From: an uncultured Chryseobacterium sp.
GTDB lineage: Bacteria; Bacteroidota; Bacteroidia; UBA10329
Length of the DNA stretch: 64,000 bases
NCBI GenBank assembly: GCA_964457245.1
Contig: CAYWET010000014.1
Coordinates: 14,917 to 78,916 of the forward strand
Reading direction: 5' to 3'
Below are positions 49,205 to 58,647 of this stretch, one piece after another. Position 1 is the first letter of the stretch. Each line of letters opens with the position of its first letter. The notes beneath the pieces are model-generated. The model was not told where the DNA came from. It was given only the letters and a program-made list of their open reading frames with translations, and made no database searches. The translations under genes were made by a program, and so were the position numbers.

Positions 49205-50884
49205 ATGGGTTTACTTTGCCGAATGATCCAAATTCTGAGAAATATTCTCATTGTGCTTGTTGCTTTGGCGCTGCTTTCGTTGCTTAGCCTAGAACTTAGC
49301 ATGCGCATACTGGCGTTGAATCCGCCACAAGTGGAGTCTGTAAAATTTGATTCGGCTCAAGTTGTTGTTGAGGATTCTACCCGACAACTTGGTGAAAACT
49401 GGTATCGACAGAACAATCACGGACTTTGGGAGGCTTACGTTGAAGGCAAGCCCTACCAGCGAGGTAGAATATTTGCCCTACTGGCCGAAGAACAGATCGT
49501 ATCGCAAGAGGAAAGTTTTATTGCTCAGATCAGAAAGTTGATTCCGTCAGAGTCGTTTCTGAATACGCTGAAATACGGTGTGGTTTTCTTCAACCGAAAC
49601 TTGGACAAACATGTCACTGAGGAACTCCAGAAAGAGATTTATGGTGTTTCCGAGTCCTTTTCGGATGAATATGATTTTGTTGGTGACAAATACAGTCGGA
49701 TTCTGAATTATCACGCAGCGCACGATATTGGTCACGCGCTTCAGGATCTGAGCATAGTTGGTTGCACCAGTTTTGCGGTTTGGAATCAATACAGCACAGA
49801 TTCGTCCTTGGTGATCGGCCGCAATTTCGATTTCTATATGGGCGATGATTTTGCTAAAGACAAGGTCATTCTCTTCATGAAACCCGACAGCGGTTATGCT
49901 TTCGCAAGCATTACTTGGGCTGGATTTATGGGTGTGGTTTCCGGAATGAATGAGCACGGTTTAACGGTCACTTTAAATGCAGCAAAAAGCTCGATTCCCG
50001 ATGGAGCTAAAACTCCGATTTCGTTGCTGGCAAGAGAAATTCTACAGTACGCTAAAACCATTGATGAAGCTTATGCGATTGCTAAATCACGACAGACCTT
50101 TGTGTCTGAATCGATTTTGATTGGTTCAGCGGCTGATCATGCGGCCGCTATCATAGAAAAGTCACCGGATCGAATTGACATTTTTCATCCTGCTGATAGC
50201 CGCTTGACCTGCGCAAATCATTACCAAAGTGAGACATTTAAGAACGATGCTGCCAATCTTCAGAATATCGAAGATTCGGATTCTGAATATCGTTATGAGC
50301 GCTTGAATCAATTGCTGGAACAGAGTTTTCCAATTGGGCCAATGAACTCTGTGAACATTCTTCGAGATCAAAAAGGTTTAAATGAAGCTGAACTTGGAAT
50401 GGGAAATCCTAAAGCCATCAACCAACTTTTGGCGCATCATGGAATCGTTTTCCAACCCGAAAAGCGACTGCTGTGGATCAGCACTAATCCGTTTCAGTTG
50501 GGGGAATTTCTGTGCTACGATCTGAATCAGGTTTTCAGTGAAAACGTTGAAAAAGATCTGTTGGTTGATTCGCTTGTCATTCCCGCGGATGAATTTCTCA
50601 ATGCGAAAGATTATCAGGAGTTCCTTCGATATAAAGAGCTGAAAAACAGACTGTTCGATAATATTGCTTTGGGCAAGGAAATCGAATGGAACTCAGAACT
50701 TGAACTGGAGTTTATTCGAAGTAATTCGGAAAGCTACATCACTTATTTTATGCTTGGCGATTACTACCTTGAGCACGGTAATCTGCAAAAAGCAAAGTCT
50801 TACTACGAAAAGAGTTTGAGTAAGGAAATCGCCTCAAAACAAGAACTCAGAAAGATCAAAGAGAATCTGAAAGCATGTCGTTAG
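49205..50884 (+). CDS. membrane-anchored C45-family Ntn acyltransferase/hydrolase (acyl-CoA:6-APA acyltransferase-like) with a C-terminal helical (TPR-like) extension
   Basis: N-terminal TM; the SIVGCTSFAVW autoproteolytic Gly-Cys nucleophile motif; 559 aa. Confidence 0.75.
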   Translation: MGLLCRMIQILRNILIVLVALALLSLLSLELSMRILALNPPQVESVKFDSAQVVVEDSTRQLGENWYRQNNHGLWEAYVEGKPYQRGRIFALLAEEQIVSQEESFIAQIRKLIPSESFLNTLKYGVVFFNRNLDKHVTEELQKEIYGVSESFSDEYDFVGDKYSRILNYHAAHDIGHALQDLSIVGCTSFAVWNQYSTDSSLVIGRNFDFYMGDDFAKDKVILFMKPDSGYAFASITWAGFMGVVSGMNEHGLTVTLNAAKSSIPDGAKTPISLLAREILQYAKTIDEAYAIAKSRQTFVSESILIGSAADHAAAIIEKSPDRIDIFHPADSRLTCANHYQSETFKNDAANLQNIEDSDSEYRYERLNQLLEQSFPIGPMNSVNILRDQKGLNEAELGMGNPKAINQLLAHHGIVFQPEKRLLWISTNPFQLGEFLCYDLNQVFSENVEKDLLVDSLVIPADEFLNAKDYQEFLRYKELKNRLFDNIALGKEIEWNSELELEFIRSNSESYITYFMLGDYYLEHGNLQKAKSYYEKSLSKEIASKQELRKIKENLKACR

Positions 50885-52170
50885 ACCAATTGGAAACCAG
50901 CAAACTGGCGCGCGAGAACTACTGGCTGAAAGCGCTGAATGAGCATTTGGCGTATCTCAGAAAAAACAGCTGGTACTATAAAGATCAGCTTGTTTGGGCT
51001 GGGCCAGAAGCAAGTGAATTGGAGGAACTGGTTGATATTCAGAATTTCCCGTTTACCGAGAAGGATGACATAGCCAGCAGAAACGAGGATTTTCTATGCG
51101 TTCCGAAGGAAAAGGTGCGAGATATTGTCACCACATCTGGCACGTTAGGTGGCTCGGTTGCCAGCTATTTAACGGAGAAAGACCTGAAGCGATTAGCAGT
51201 GAACGAAGCAGGTTCGTATCGATTGGCCGGTTGCACCAGCGAAGACACATTCCAGTTGCTGACCACCATCGACAAGCGTTTCATGGCCGGTTTAGCATAT
51301 TTTCTTGGAGCAAATGAGCTCGGAGCGAGAATGATTCGTTCGGGCCCAGGTGCACTGCGTTTGCAATGGGAAAGTATTGAAAGGTTTGAACCGACCGTCC
51401 TGATTGCCGTGCCAAGTTTTATTCCGCGTTTGATTCAGTATGCGTTGGATAATGGCATTGATCCCAATAAAAGCAGCGTGAAGAAGATTCTCTGTATTGG
51501 AGAGTCCATTCGTGATGAGAATTTGAAGCCGAATTATCTCGCAGAGCGAATAACCGAACAATGGAATGTCCAACTGTTCTCAACTTACGCAAGCACCGAA
51601 ATGGCTACCGCTTTTACCGAGTGCGAAGCTGGAAATGGCGCGCATCTTCAACCAGAACTGATGTTCTTAGAGGTTTTAGATGATGACGGAAACCAAGTGA
51701 AAAATGGTGAAAGTGGGGAAGTGGTTGTAACTCCGTTGGGAGTGGAGGGAACACCCGTTCTGCGCTTCAGAACTGGAGATGTATGCCATTTCTATGATGA
51801 ACCTTGTTCATGTGGTAGAACCACGCCTCGCTTGGGGCCGGTTGTTGGTAGAAAACAGCAGATGATCAAACTTAAAGGAACTTCGATTTATCCGAACGCC
51901 ATTATTGATGAGCTAAACGCTATGCGAGGGGTTGTCAACTTTGTGGTTGAATTGGAAACCAACGAATTGGGCTTGGATGATGTGATTGTTCGTGCTTTGC
52001 TGAAGGGCGAGAATGCTCAAACAACTGTTCTAGAGCGTTTGAAGGCTGGTTTACGTGTAAGTCCGCGGTTGATCTTTGCCACGAATGACGAGATCAATGC
52101 GCTGAAATTCAATGAGAACGAACGCAAGCCTCGAATTCTTGTTGATAAGAGAACTCAAAACATAGGTTGA
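50875..52170 (+). CDS. PaaK-like adenylate-forming enzyme (phenylacetate-CoA ligase / coenzyme F390 synthetase family)
   Basis: TTSGTLGG phosphate-binding loop, STYASTE, and a C-terminal PaaK-type domain; 10-nt overlap with the upstream C45 gene. Confidence 0.75.
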   Translation: MSLDQLETSKLARENYWLKALNEHLAYLRKNSWYYKDQLVWAGPEASELEELVDIQNFPFTEKDDIASRNEDFLCVPKEKVRDIVTTSGTLGGSVASYLTEKDLKRLAVNEAGSYRLAGCTSEDTFQLLTTIDKRFMAGLAYFLGANELGARMIRSGPGALRLQWESIERFEPTVLIAVPSFIPRLIQYALDNGIDPNKSSVKKILCIGESIRDENLKPNYLAERITEQWNVQLFSTYASTEMATAFTECEAGNGAHLQPELMFLEVLDDDGNQVKNGESGEVVVTPLGVEGTPVLRFRTGDVCHFYDEPCSCGRTTPRLGPVVGRKQQMIKLKGTSIYPNAIIDELNAMRGVVNFVVELETNELGLDDVIVRALLKGENAQTTVLERLKAGLRVSPRLIFATNDEINALKFNENERKPRILVDKRTQNIG

Positions 52171-52760
52171 TGCGTCAGTTAACGGTTCTTGGTTTGATGC
52201 TGCTTCTTGGCTTTAGTGCCAGATCGGAAGAGATCGTGTTTGAAATGAGTGTGTTCGGAATTAAGTTCGGCACAATGGTCATTACGCGTACGGCAGAGAA
52301 TGACAGCACCGAACTCTACACGCTTCATGCGCAAGGCAAGACCGATTTCCTGTGGATGCAGCGCGAGGAGCAATCCAAGTATGAAGTTCGGTACATTAAC
52401 GGCAAACTCTTTTCGTCCGATTATATCTACACGAACAAAGGAGAAACCGAGAAGTGGTCGAAGATTCAGTACACAGATGGGAAGTATTTAGTGGAATCGA
52501 GCGAAGGCTCAAAAACCATGGATCACGCAACGGATTATTCTCTTCTACGGCTTTATTTCGAGCCTAACTGGAACCGTGAAAAGGTTTTCTGCGAAGAAGA
52601 TTGCAGCTACGCGCAACTTGTTCGGAATGAGGAGAAAAACACGCTGAAAGTGATCTGTCAGGATGGAAGCAAATCAACCTATCACATCAACGATGGTGAG
52701 ATAAGCGACCTTGAAATTCATCTCGCGGTAGCGACCGTTAAGTTGAAGCGAATCAAGTAG
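52167..52760 (+). CDS. secreted hypothetical protein (197 aa) translationally coupled to the adenylating enzyme
   Basis: Signal peptide LLLGFSARSEE; ATGA overlap with the upstream gene; no recognisable motif. Confidence 0.45.
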   Translation: MMRQLTVLGLMLLLGFSARSEEIVFEMSVFGIKFGTMVITRTAENDSTELYTLHAQGKTDFLWMQREEQSKYEVRYINGKLFSSDYIYTNKGETEKWSKIQYTDGKYLVESSEGSKTMDHATDYSLLRLYFEPNWNREKVFCEEDCSYAQLVRNEEKNTLKVICQDGSKSTYHINDGEISDLEIHLAVATVKLKRIK

Positions 52761-53571
52761 TTACTGAAACCTTTTGCTTCTTCTGTTTCAGGTCTTCTCT
52801 ACTCGTTTTACAGATCTTATCCCAGATAAAAGACACCTCGCCAAAGTTGGCGTTCACATCGCTGTGATGCACGTTATGCCAAGCCGAGCTGTTGAGCAGC
52901 ATTCGTGGCAACATCTTTTCCATAAAGTTGAAAGTAACGCCACAATGCAAGTACAGATTGAGAAGTACAAACCCAATAATTGCCGTGAAATACAGCGGTG
53001 CGAAGTGCTTGGCAGGAGGGAAGCAGATCAACAACAACGGCCAGAACGTAAGTAAGGTTTCCACCGGGCCAACGGCAAAACCTGCAAAGGGAGTCGGGTC
53101 TCTGAACGAGTGATGATGCTTATGAAATGGAAACAAAAGTTTGGTGTGCAGCATGCGATGCTTCCAATAAGTCCAAGCATCAACAGCTACAATTCCAAGG
53201 TACATTTGAAGCACGACCATCCACCAACTCAACCCCATTTCTTCAACAGTCCAAACAAGGCCAGTTTCGTAGCCAGCGCGGCTCAATCCCAACGGCCAAG
53301 CGGCCATTAATGAAACGATAAAAGCTGCGCGTCCAGAACCGAAAGCTTCTTTGGCAATCAGCGGAGCTTTCTTTCTAATTCCTTGAATTCGGTTGCCGTA
53401 CTTTTCGGAGTAACGATAAATGAAGAAACTCAATGTGTAAAGAGGTATCACAATGATGAGAAATACCTCCAACGCGCTTTTGTAAAATACCAGTGGTTCT
53501 GGATGAATCAGCCCAGAAAGTAACGCTAGAACGACAACAGTCGTGTCAATAAAAGGTGCAGCTTTTTGCAT
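52753..53571 (-). CDS. fatty acid hydroxylase / sterol desaturase superfamily integral membrane di-iron enzyme
   Basis: Histidine boxes HTKLLFPFHKHHHSF and HNVHHSD with four TM helices. Confidence 0.75.
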   Translation of the reverse strand: MQKAAPFIDTTVVVLALLSGLIHPEPLVFYKSALEVFLIIVIPLYTLSFFIYRYSEKYGNRIQGIRKKAPLIAKEAFGSGRAAFIVSLMAAWPLGLSRAGYETGLVWTVEEMGLSWWMVVLQMYLGIVAVDAWTYWKHRMLHTKLLFPFHKHHHSFRDPTPFAGFAVGPVETLLTFWPLLLICFPPAKHFAPLYFTAIIGFVLLNLYLHCGVTFNFMEKMLPRMLLNSSAWHNVHHSDVNANFGEVSFIWDKICKTSREDLKQKKQKVSVTT

Positions 53572-53591
53572 GGCGCAAAGTTATGAAGCCG

Positions 53592-55109
53592 CTACACTTT
53601 TTCAGTTGCTTTTTCTTCTCGAAAATCAGCCATCATTCGCCAAGGTTTGGCTTGCTCCAACTCGTAGGCCAATTCTAGCAAGCGTTTGTCTTCGCCATAA
53701 GGTGCAGCAAATTGAACGCCCAACGGCATGCCATCAGAATCTACACCAAGCGGAAGCGAAATGGCCGGTTCTCCGGTTATGTTCTGCAGCCCGGTGTAAG
53801 TGGCAAACTCAACGGCATTTCTACATACATCCTCAAATTTAAGTTCGGGCGAGAAGTGTCCGATCTTGGGAGTTTTATGTGCCAAAACAGGCGTCATAAC
53901 GATATCGTAATTGTTGAAAAGCGCACTGCATTGTGCTCCCATTTGGCGTAACGCTTTAATGCTTTTTGGAAGGTTTAATGCATTGGTTTTAAATCTTTTA
54001 GCCAAACCAATTGTAAAAGGTTCCAACTTCGATTTATCCACTTTGGCCTGAAACAACAGTCTGCCCCAATGGCTGGTTAAGTATGCCATAAAGCCATAGT
54101 AATTCAAGAAGTCATCAATCATAGCATCGGCATCAATTGGCAATGGAATCTGCTCTACGCTGTGGCCCAGGTCTTCCAAAAGTTGAGCGGTTTGCAACTG
54201 CAACGCATACGTTTCTTCTCCCTGCCGACCCATGGTTCCTTCCGGACGATTTTCGATAAAAGCAATCTTGAACCGCTTTTTACCGCTGCCTATAACATGC
54301 CCAATTTTAGGAAGCTTCGAGTTGTGCTTAAATTTTTCTGCTTCAGAAAAGAACAGAGCAGTGTCTCTTACAGACCGTGTTAAAACACCCTGATGTACAA
54401 TTTGAATGGGCATCAATTCCGTACCGTCCATGCTGTACACACGATTTCTAGTGGGTTTCAAACCAACCAGACCACAAATAGCCGCAGGAATTCGTATTGA
54501 ACCTGCACCATCATTGGCGGTAGCAATTGGAACGGCTCCGCTTGCAACCAAGGCAGCCGATCCAGAGGATGAACCTCCTGTGGTGTAATCCGTGTTCCAA
54601 GGGTTTCTGGTAATGTTCAATTCTGGATTTTCTGTGCTGCACAGTAATCCAAATTCGGGTAGCGTGGTTTTTCCTAAGTAGGTTACACCACTGCTCAGAA
54701 ACTGATCAACAAACTTTCCGTTTCGCTTCGCGATCTTAGAAGTATAGGAACCCGTTCCCATTTGGGTTGGGTGGCCTTTGATATTATCGTTGTCTTTAAT
54801 AAATGATGGAACACCGTAAAAAGCACCTCCTTCTTTCAACCTATCGTATTGGCGCGCTTCATCATACGTTTTAACCTTGATGGCATCTAGAGCTGGGTTA
54901 ACCTTCTCGGAACGTTGAATGGCGGCCTCAACAGCCTCGGTAACAGATATTTCCTTCTTCGCGATAGCTTGTGCAACTCCTGTGGCATCCAGGTTTCCTA
55001 AAGCATCATTGGTAAATGCGTTGGTGCGTTTGTTCATGCTTGTGAAATTAGGAATCCAAAACTTCAATCCTGAGAATAGGTTTAATGTAGCTGTTAACAA
55101 GGTGGGCAT
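53592..55109 (-). CDS. amidase-signature family amidase (the start may be the internal Met at about 55037)
   Basis: GGSSSGSAALVA amidase-signature Ser-cisSer-Lys block. Confidence 0.85.
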   Translation of the reverse strand: MPTLLTATLNLFSGLKFWIPNFTSMNKRTNAFTNDALGNLDATGVAQAIAKKEISVTEAVEAAIQRSEKVNPALDAIKVKTYDEARQYDRLKEGGAFYGVPSFIKDNDNIKGHPTQMGTGSYTSKIAKRNGKFVDQFLSSGVTYLGKTTLPEFGLLCSTENPELNITRNPWNTDYTTGGSSSGSAALVASGAVPIATANDGAGSIRIPAAICGLVGLKPTRNRVYSMDGTELMPIQIVHQGVLTRSVRDTALFFSEAEKFKHNSKLPKIGHVIGSGKKRFKIAFIENRPEGTMGRQGEETYALQLQTAQLLEDLGHSVEQIPLPIDADAMIDDFLNYYGFMAYLTSHWGRLLFQAKVDKSKLEPFTIGLAKRFKTNALNLPKSIKALRQMGAQCSALFNNYDIVMTPVLAHKTPKIGHFSPELKFEDVCRNAVEFATYTGLQNITGEPAISLPLGVDSDGMPLGVQFAAPYGEDKRLLELAYELEQAKPWRMMADFREEKATEKV

Positions 55110-55192
55110 AAGATTGTCGGTTTGTCTTCCTATTTACTCTGGAAATCGCGAGAATCTATGTAGTATTGCGGATTGGCCTTTGAAGACGAATT

Positions 55193-56707
55193 GTGAGCTT
55201 GGATACGACCGAAGAAACCGTAGGTAAGGAACTGTATGATTATCAGAAGAACGCTCTGGCGCGCATCTTCGATGAGTTGGTAAATCAGGAAGATTCTGAG
55301 AATATTCTTTTTCAGCTGCCTACTGGCGGTGGGAAAACCGTGATCTTCTCTGAGATCGCTAGACGTTACATCGAGAAGACCGGAAAGAAGGTGGCGATTC
55401 TAACGCACCGCGTGGAGTTGTTGATGCAGACATCCAAAATGCTCAACACCTTTACGGTTAAGAATAAGGTCATTTCCAGTGAAGTAAAGACGCTTCCAGA
55501 CCAGAAAGACTACCAGTGCTTTGTGGCGATGGTAGAAACGCTTAATAACCGATTGAATGAGGAAGCGTTTGAACTTCAAGATATTGGTCTGGTAATTATT
55601 GATGAGGCGCATTACAACTCATTCGGTAAACTCTTCAAGTTCTTCAGAAAGAGTACGGTGCTTGGCGTTACTGCAACTCCGTTGAGTTCAAATGTCAATC
55701 TCCCGATGCATAGCAACTACGAAAAGTTGATTGTGGGTGAGAGCATTACTTCGTTGGTTGAAATGAACTATTTGGCGAAGGCCAATATGTATGCGTATGA
55801 TGTGAACCTTAGTTCGCTGAATGTGGGTATCAATGGTGATTATACGGTCAGATCTTCCGATCAGCTTTACACCGATTATTCGATGCAAAACCGCTTGTTG
55901 CGAGCGTATCAGGATCAGTGCGAAGGAAAGAAGACACTGATTTTCAATGGCGGTATAAACGCGTCACTTTATGTTTACGATACGTTCAGAAAGGCGGGAT
56001 ATGACATCCGCCATTTGGATAACAAGAATACCGCTGCCGAGCGAAAGGAAATTCTGAAGTGGTTTCACGAGAAGCCAGATGCCATTTTGACTTCGGTTGG
56101 AATTCTAACCACTGGCTTTGATGAGCCAACAGTTGAGAACATCATCTTGAATCGTGCTACGAGGTCACTAACACTTTATTTCCAGATGATTGGCCGAGGG
56201 TCGAGGATTCTGAGTAACAAGAAGGAGTTCAAGGTAATTGACCTTGGAAACAATATTGCCCGATTCGGCCCTTGGGATGGTTTTATTGATTGGCAACACA
56301 TTTTCCGCCATCCAGAAGTTCACTTGAACAATATTCGTTCTGATGAGGAAATTCAGCGCAACTTCAAGTATAAAATGCCGGAGGAGATCAGACAGCGTTT
56401 TGCAAAGTCAGAAGACATTAGTTTCGACATTAGCGATGCGTATGATCAGGCGGTGAAACGTGGTGATAGGCCAAAGGTGGTTATTGAAGAATCCATCGAT
56501 CAGCATGTAAAGATCTGTGTGGAGAACTCCGAAGATCTTTGGGATGCGCGTGACCTTGCTAAACTGCTGGAAGACGAGATTGAGTACCGCGCACGGAAGT
56601 ATGGCGAATGCCTTGCCAAGACCACCAGTAGCTACATTGATTGGCTTCGCGAAGAATACATGCGTAAGCTCAATGTGCGGCTCATTCAGGAATTTCAGCC
56701 TGCATGA
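55193..56707 (+). CDS. standalone SF2 DEAH-box helicase (type III restriction Res-like) with an about 120-aa C-terminal domain of unknown function
   Basis: Motifs Q (YDYQ), I (LPTGGGKT), II (IIDEAHY), III (TATP), VI (QMIGRGSR). Confidence 0.8.
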   Translation: MSLDTTEETVGKELYDYQKNALARIFDELVNQEDSENILFQLPTGGGKTVIFSEIARRYIEKTGKKVAILTHRVELLMQTSKMLNTFTVKNKVISSEVKTLPDQKDYQCFVAMVETLNNRLNEEAFELQDIGLVIIDEAHYNSFGKLFKFFRKSTVLGVTATPLSSNVNLPMHSNYEKLIVGESITSLVEMNYLAKANMYAYDVNLSSLNVGINGDYTVRSSDQLYTDYSMQNRLLRAYQDQCEGKKTLIFNGGINASLYVYDTFRKAGYDIRHLDNKNTAAERKEILKWFHEKPDAILTSVGILTTGFDEPTVENIILNRATRSLTLYFQMIGRGSRILSNKKEFKVIDLGNNIARFGPWDGFIDWQHIFRHPEVHLNNIRSDEEIQRNFKYKMPEEIRQRFAKSEDISFDISDAYDQAVKRGDRPKVVIEESIDQHVKICVENSEDLWDARDLAKLLEDEIEYRARKYGECLAKTTSSYIDWLREEYMRKLNVRLIQEFQPA

Positions 56708-57453
56708 TACGATCTGACAGGATTAGACCCACAACTCAGGTTTATGCCAATTACACCCAAGAAGATTTTGCAGTCTGGGAGTTGCTATGCAACAGACAAA
56801 CAGAGCTACTCAAAAAATACGCTTCTAAAGAATACTTGAATGCACTGGATGTCATCGGGTTTTCGGCTGATCGTATTCCAGATTTCGGGCAAATTGGAAA
56901 GGCGCTTCAGCCGCTTACGGGTTGGAGTTTGGTAACAGTGCCGAACATCAGCGAGCAAAAGGAATTCTTCACGTTTCTTTCGGAGAAGAAGTTCACAGCT
57001 ACATGCTGGCTCAGAAAAATGGATGAGTTGGATTATCTGGAAGAACCAGATATGTTCCATGATGTGTTCGGGCATGTTCCGTTGTTGAGCAACACGGCTT
57101 ACACCAACTTTTTTGAAGCCATAAGCCATATTGCCCTTGAGCATATCGATAACCCAAGAGCGATAGAACTACTGGGCAGAATCTATTGGTTTACCATTGA
57201 GTTCGGACTGATTCGGGAAAGGGGCAAACTTAAAATCTATGGCGCTGGAATCATGTCATCTTTCGGAGAAACGAATAACGCGTTGACAGATGCCACTCAG
57301 AAGTTTGAATTTAACGTTGGTCAAATCCTTGACACCGATTTTAGGACAGATATTTTGCAGGATAAGTATTTTGTGATCGACTCTTACGAACAACTTTACG
57401 AGTCCATTCCAGAGCTGAAAATTGAACTTGAAAATCGAATTGGAAAGGGTTAG
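56704..57453 (+). CDS. phhA: phenylalanine 4-monooxygenase (bacterial short form, biopterin-dependent aromatic amino acid hydroxylase)
   Basis: PDMFHDVFGHVPLL iron-binding His pair; 249 aa; ATGA overlap with the helicase stop. Confidence 0.85.
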   Translation: MIRSDRIRPTTQVYANYTQEDFAVWELLCNRQTELLKKYASKEYLNALDVIGFSADRIPDFGQIGKALQPLTGWSLVTVPNISEQKEFFTFLSEKKFTATCWLRKMDELDYLEEPDMFHDVFGHVPLLSNTAYTNFFEAISHIALEHIDNPRAIELLGRIYWFTIEFGLIRERGKLKIYGAGIMSSFGETNNALTDATQKFEFNVGQILDTDFRTDILQDKYFVIDSYEQLYESIPELKIELENRIGKG

Positions 57454-57609
57454 AAGTAAGGAGTTAGAAGATAGGAGACAGGAAAAAAGTGACGGTACCC
57501 TGAGCGAAGTCGAAGGGTATGGAGATTGAGAAAAGAAAGATAGAAGATAAGTTTGCAGAGCTGACTGAGTTTTCTGCAGATCAATATTCATTATTTAAGC
57601 AATACAAGT

Positions 57610-58584
57610 ATGAACAGACCACCTTTTTATGATGACCTAAAGCTGCCCGTAATTGCAGCACCCATGTTTCTTATCTCAGGCCCTGAGTTGGTAATAGAAT
57701 GCTGTAAGAACGGTATTGTGGGCACGTTTCCCGCGCTGAACCAACGAAGCACAGAAGGTTTTGAGGAATGGGTGGTTCAGATCAACGAGGAATTATCTCA
57801 ATGGGAAAAAGAAACAGGCGAGAAGGCCGCTCCATTCGGGGTTAACCTCATTGTGCATTGGTCGAACCCGCGCGTTCAGGCCGATCTTGAGATATGTGTA
57901 AAGCACAAAGTTCCGTTGATCATTACATCGCTTGGTGCCGTTTCTGACCTTGTAGATGCCGTGCACGGTTATGGTGGATTGGTTTATCATGATGTGGTGA
58001 AGAAACGCCATGCCGAGAAGGCCGCAGAGGCCGGAGTGGATGGATTGATACTGGTCGCAGCTGGAGCAGGCGGCCATGCTGGAACCTTGAACCCGATGCC
58101 ATTTGTACAAGAGATCAGAAGTTTCTTCAAGAAAACAATCCTGCTTGCTGGTTGCATTAGCAACGGAAACGATGTAGCATCTGCCATGCAGATGGGTGCA
58201 GACTTTGCTTGGGTTGGTACGCGGTTTATCAACACTACAGAAAGCAACACCAGCGATGATTACCGCAATATGATCATTGAGAGTGGCGCAAGCGATATTG
58301 TCCATACCGCAGCGGTATCTGGTGTTCCGGCCAACTTTATGAGAAAGAGTTTGGAGGCTATTGGCATTACCGAAGAAATGTGGAGCAAAAAAGCCAAGAT
58401 GGATTTCAGTAATCTGGAAGCCGCCAAAGCCGAAGCCAAAGCTTGGAAGACCATTTGGTCGGCAGGGCAGGGCGTGGCCACCATTTCAGATACCGTTCCG
58501 GTTGCTGAACTTGTCGACAGAATTCATTCAGAATTTATCGAGGCCATGAAACGGCAATCTGAATTGCTGGAGAAGTATTCGTAA
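57610..58584 (+). CDS. nitronate monooxygenase (NMO / 2-nitropropane dioxygenase family, FMN-dependent)
   Basis: PVIAAPMFLISGPELV N-terminal motif and the TIM-barrel NMO family pattern. Confidence 0.8.
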   Translation: MNRPPFYDDLKLPVIAAPMFLISGPELVIECCKNGIVGTFPALNQRSTEGFEEWVVQINEELSQWEKETGEKAAPFGVNLIVHWSNPRVQADLEICVKHKVPLIITSLGAVSDLVDAVHGYGGLVYHDVVKKRHAEKAAEAGVDGLILVAAGAGGHAGTLNPMPFVQEIRSFFKKTILLAGCISNGNDVASAMQMGADFAWVGTRFINTTESNTSDDYRNMIIESGASDIVHTAAVSGVPANFMRKSLEAIGITEEMWSKKAKMDFSNLEAAKAEAKAWKTIWSAGQGVATISDTVPVAELVDRIHSEFIEAMKRQSELLEKYS

Positions 58585-58647
58585 TTGGCTTACTGTGTAT
58601 ATTGAGAAGAATTGAGATGGGACGTCCAAAGTCTCTTATCTCAATTG

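Noticed and set aside
57256-57591. A 111-aa L/S-rich minus-strand ORF downstream of phhA
   Set aside because: It is the complement of the purine-rich tract. There are no domains, and the amino-acid bias is dictated by the pyrimidine run.
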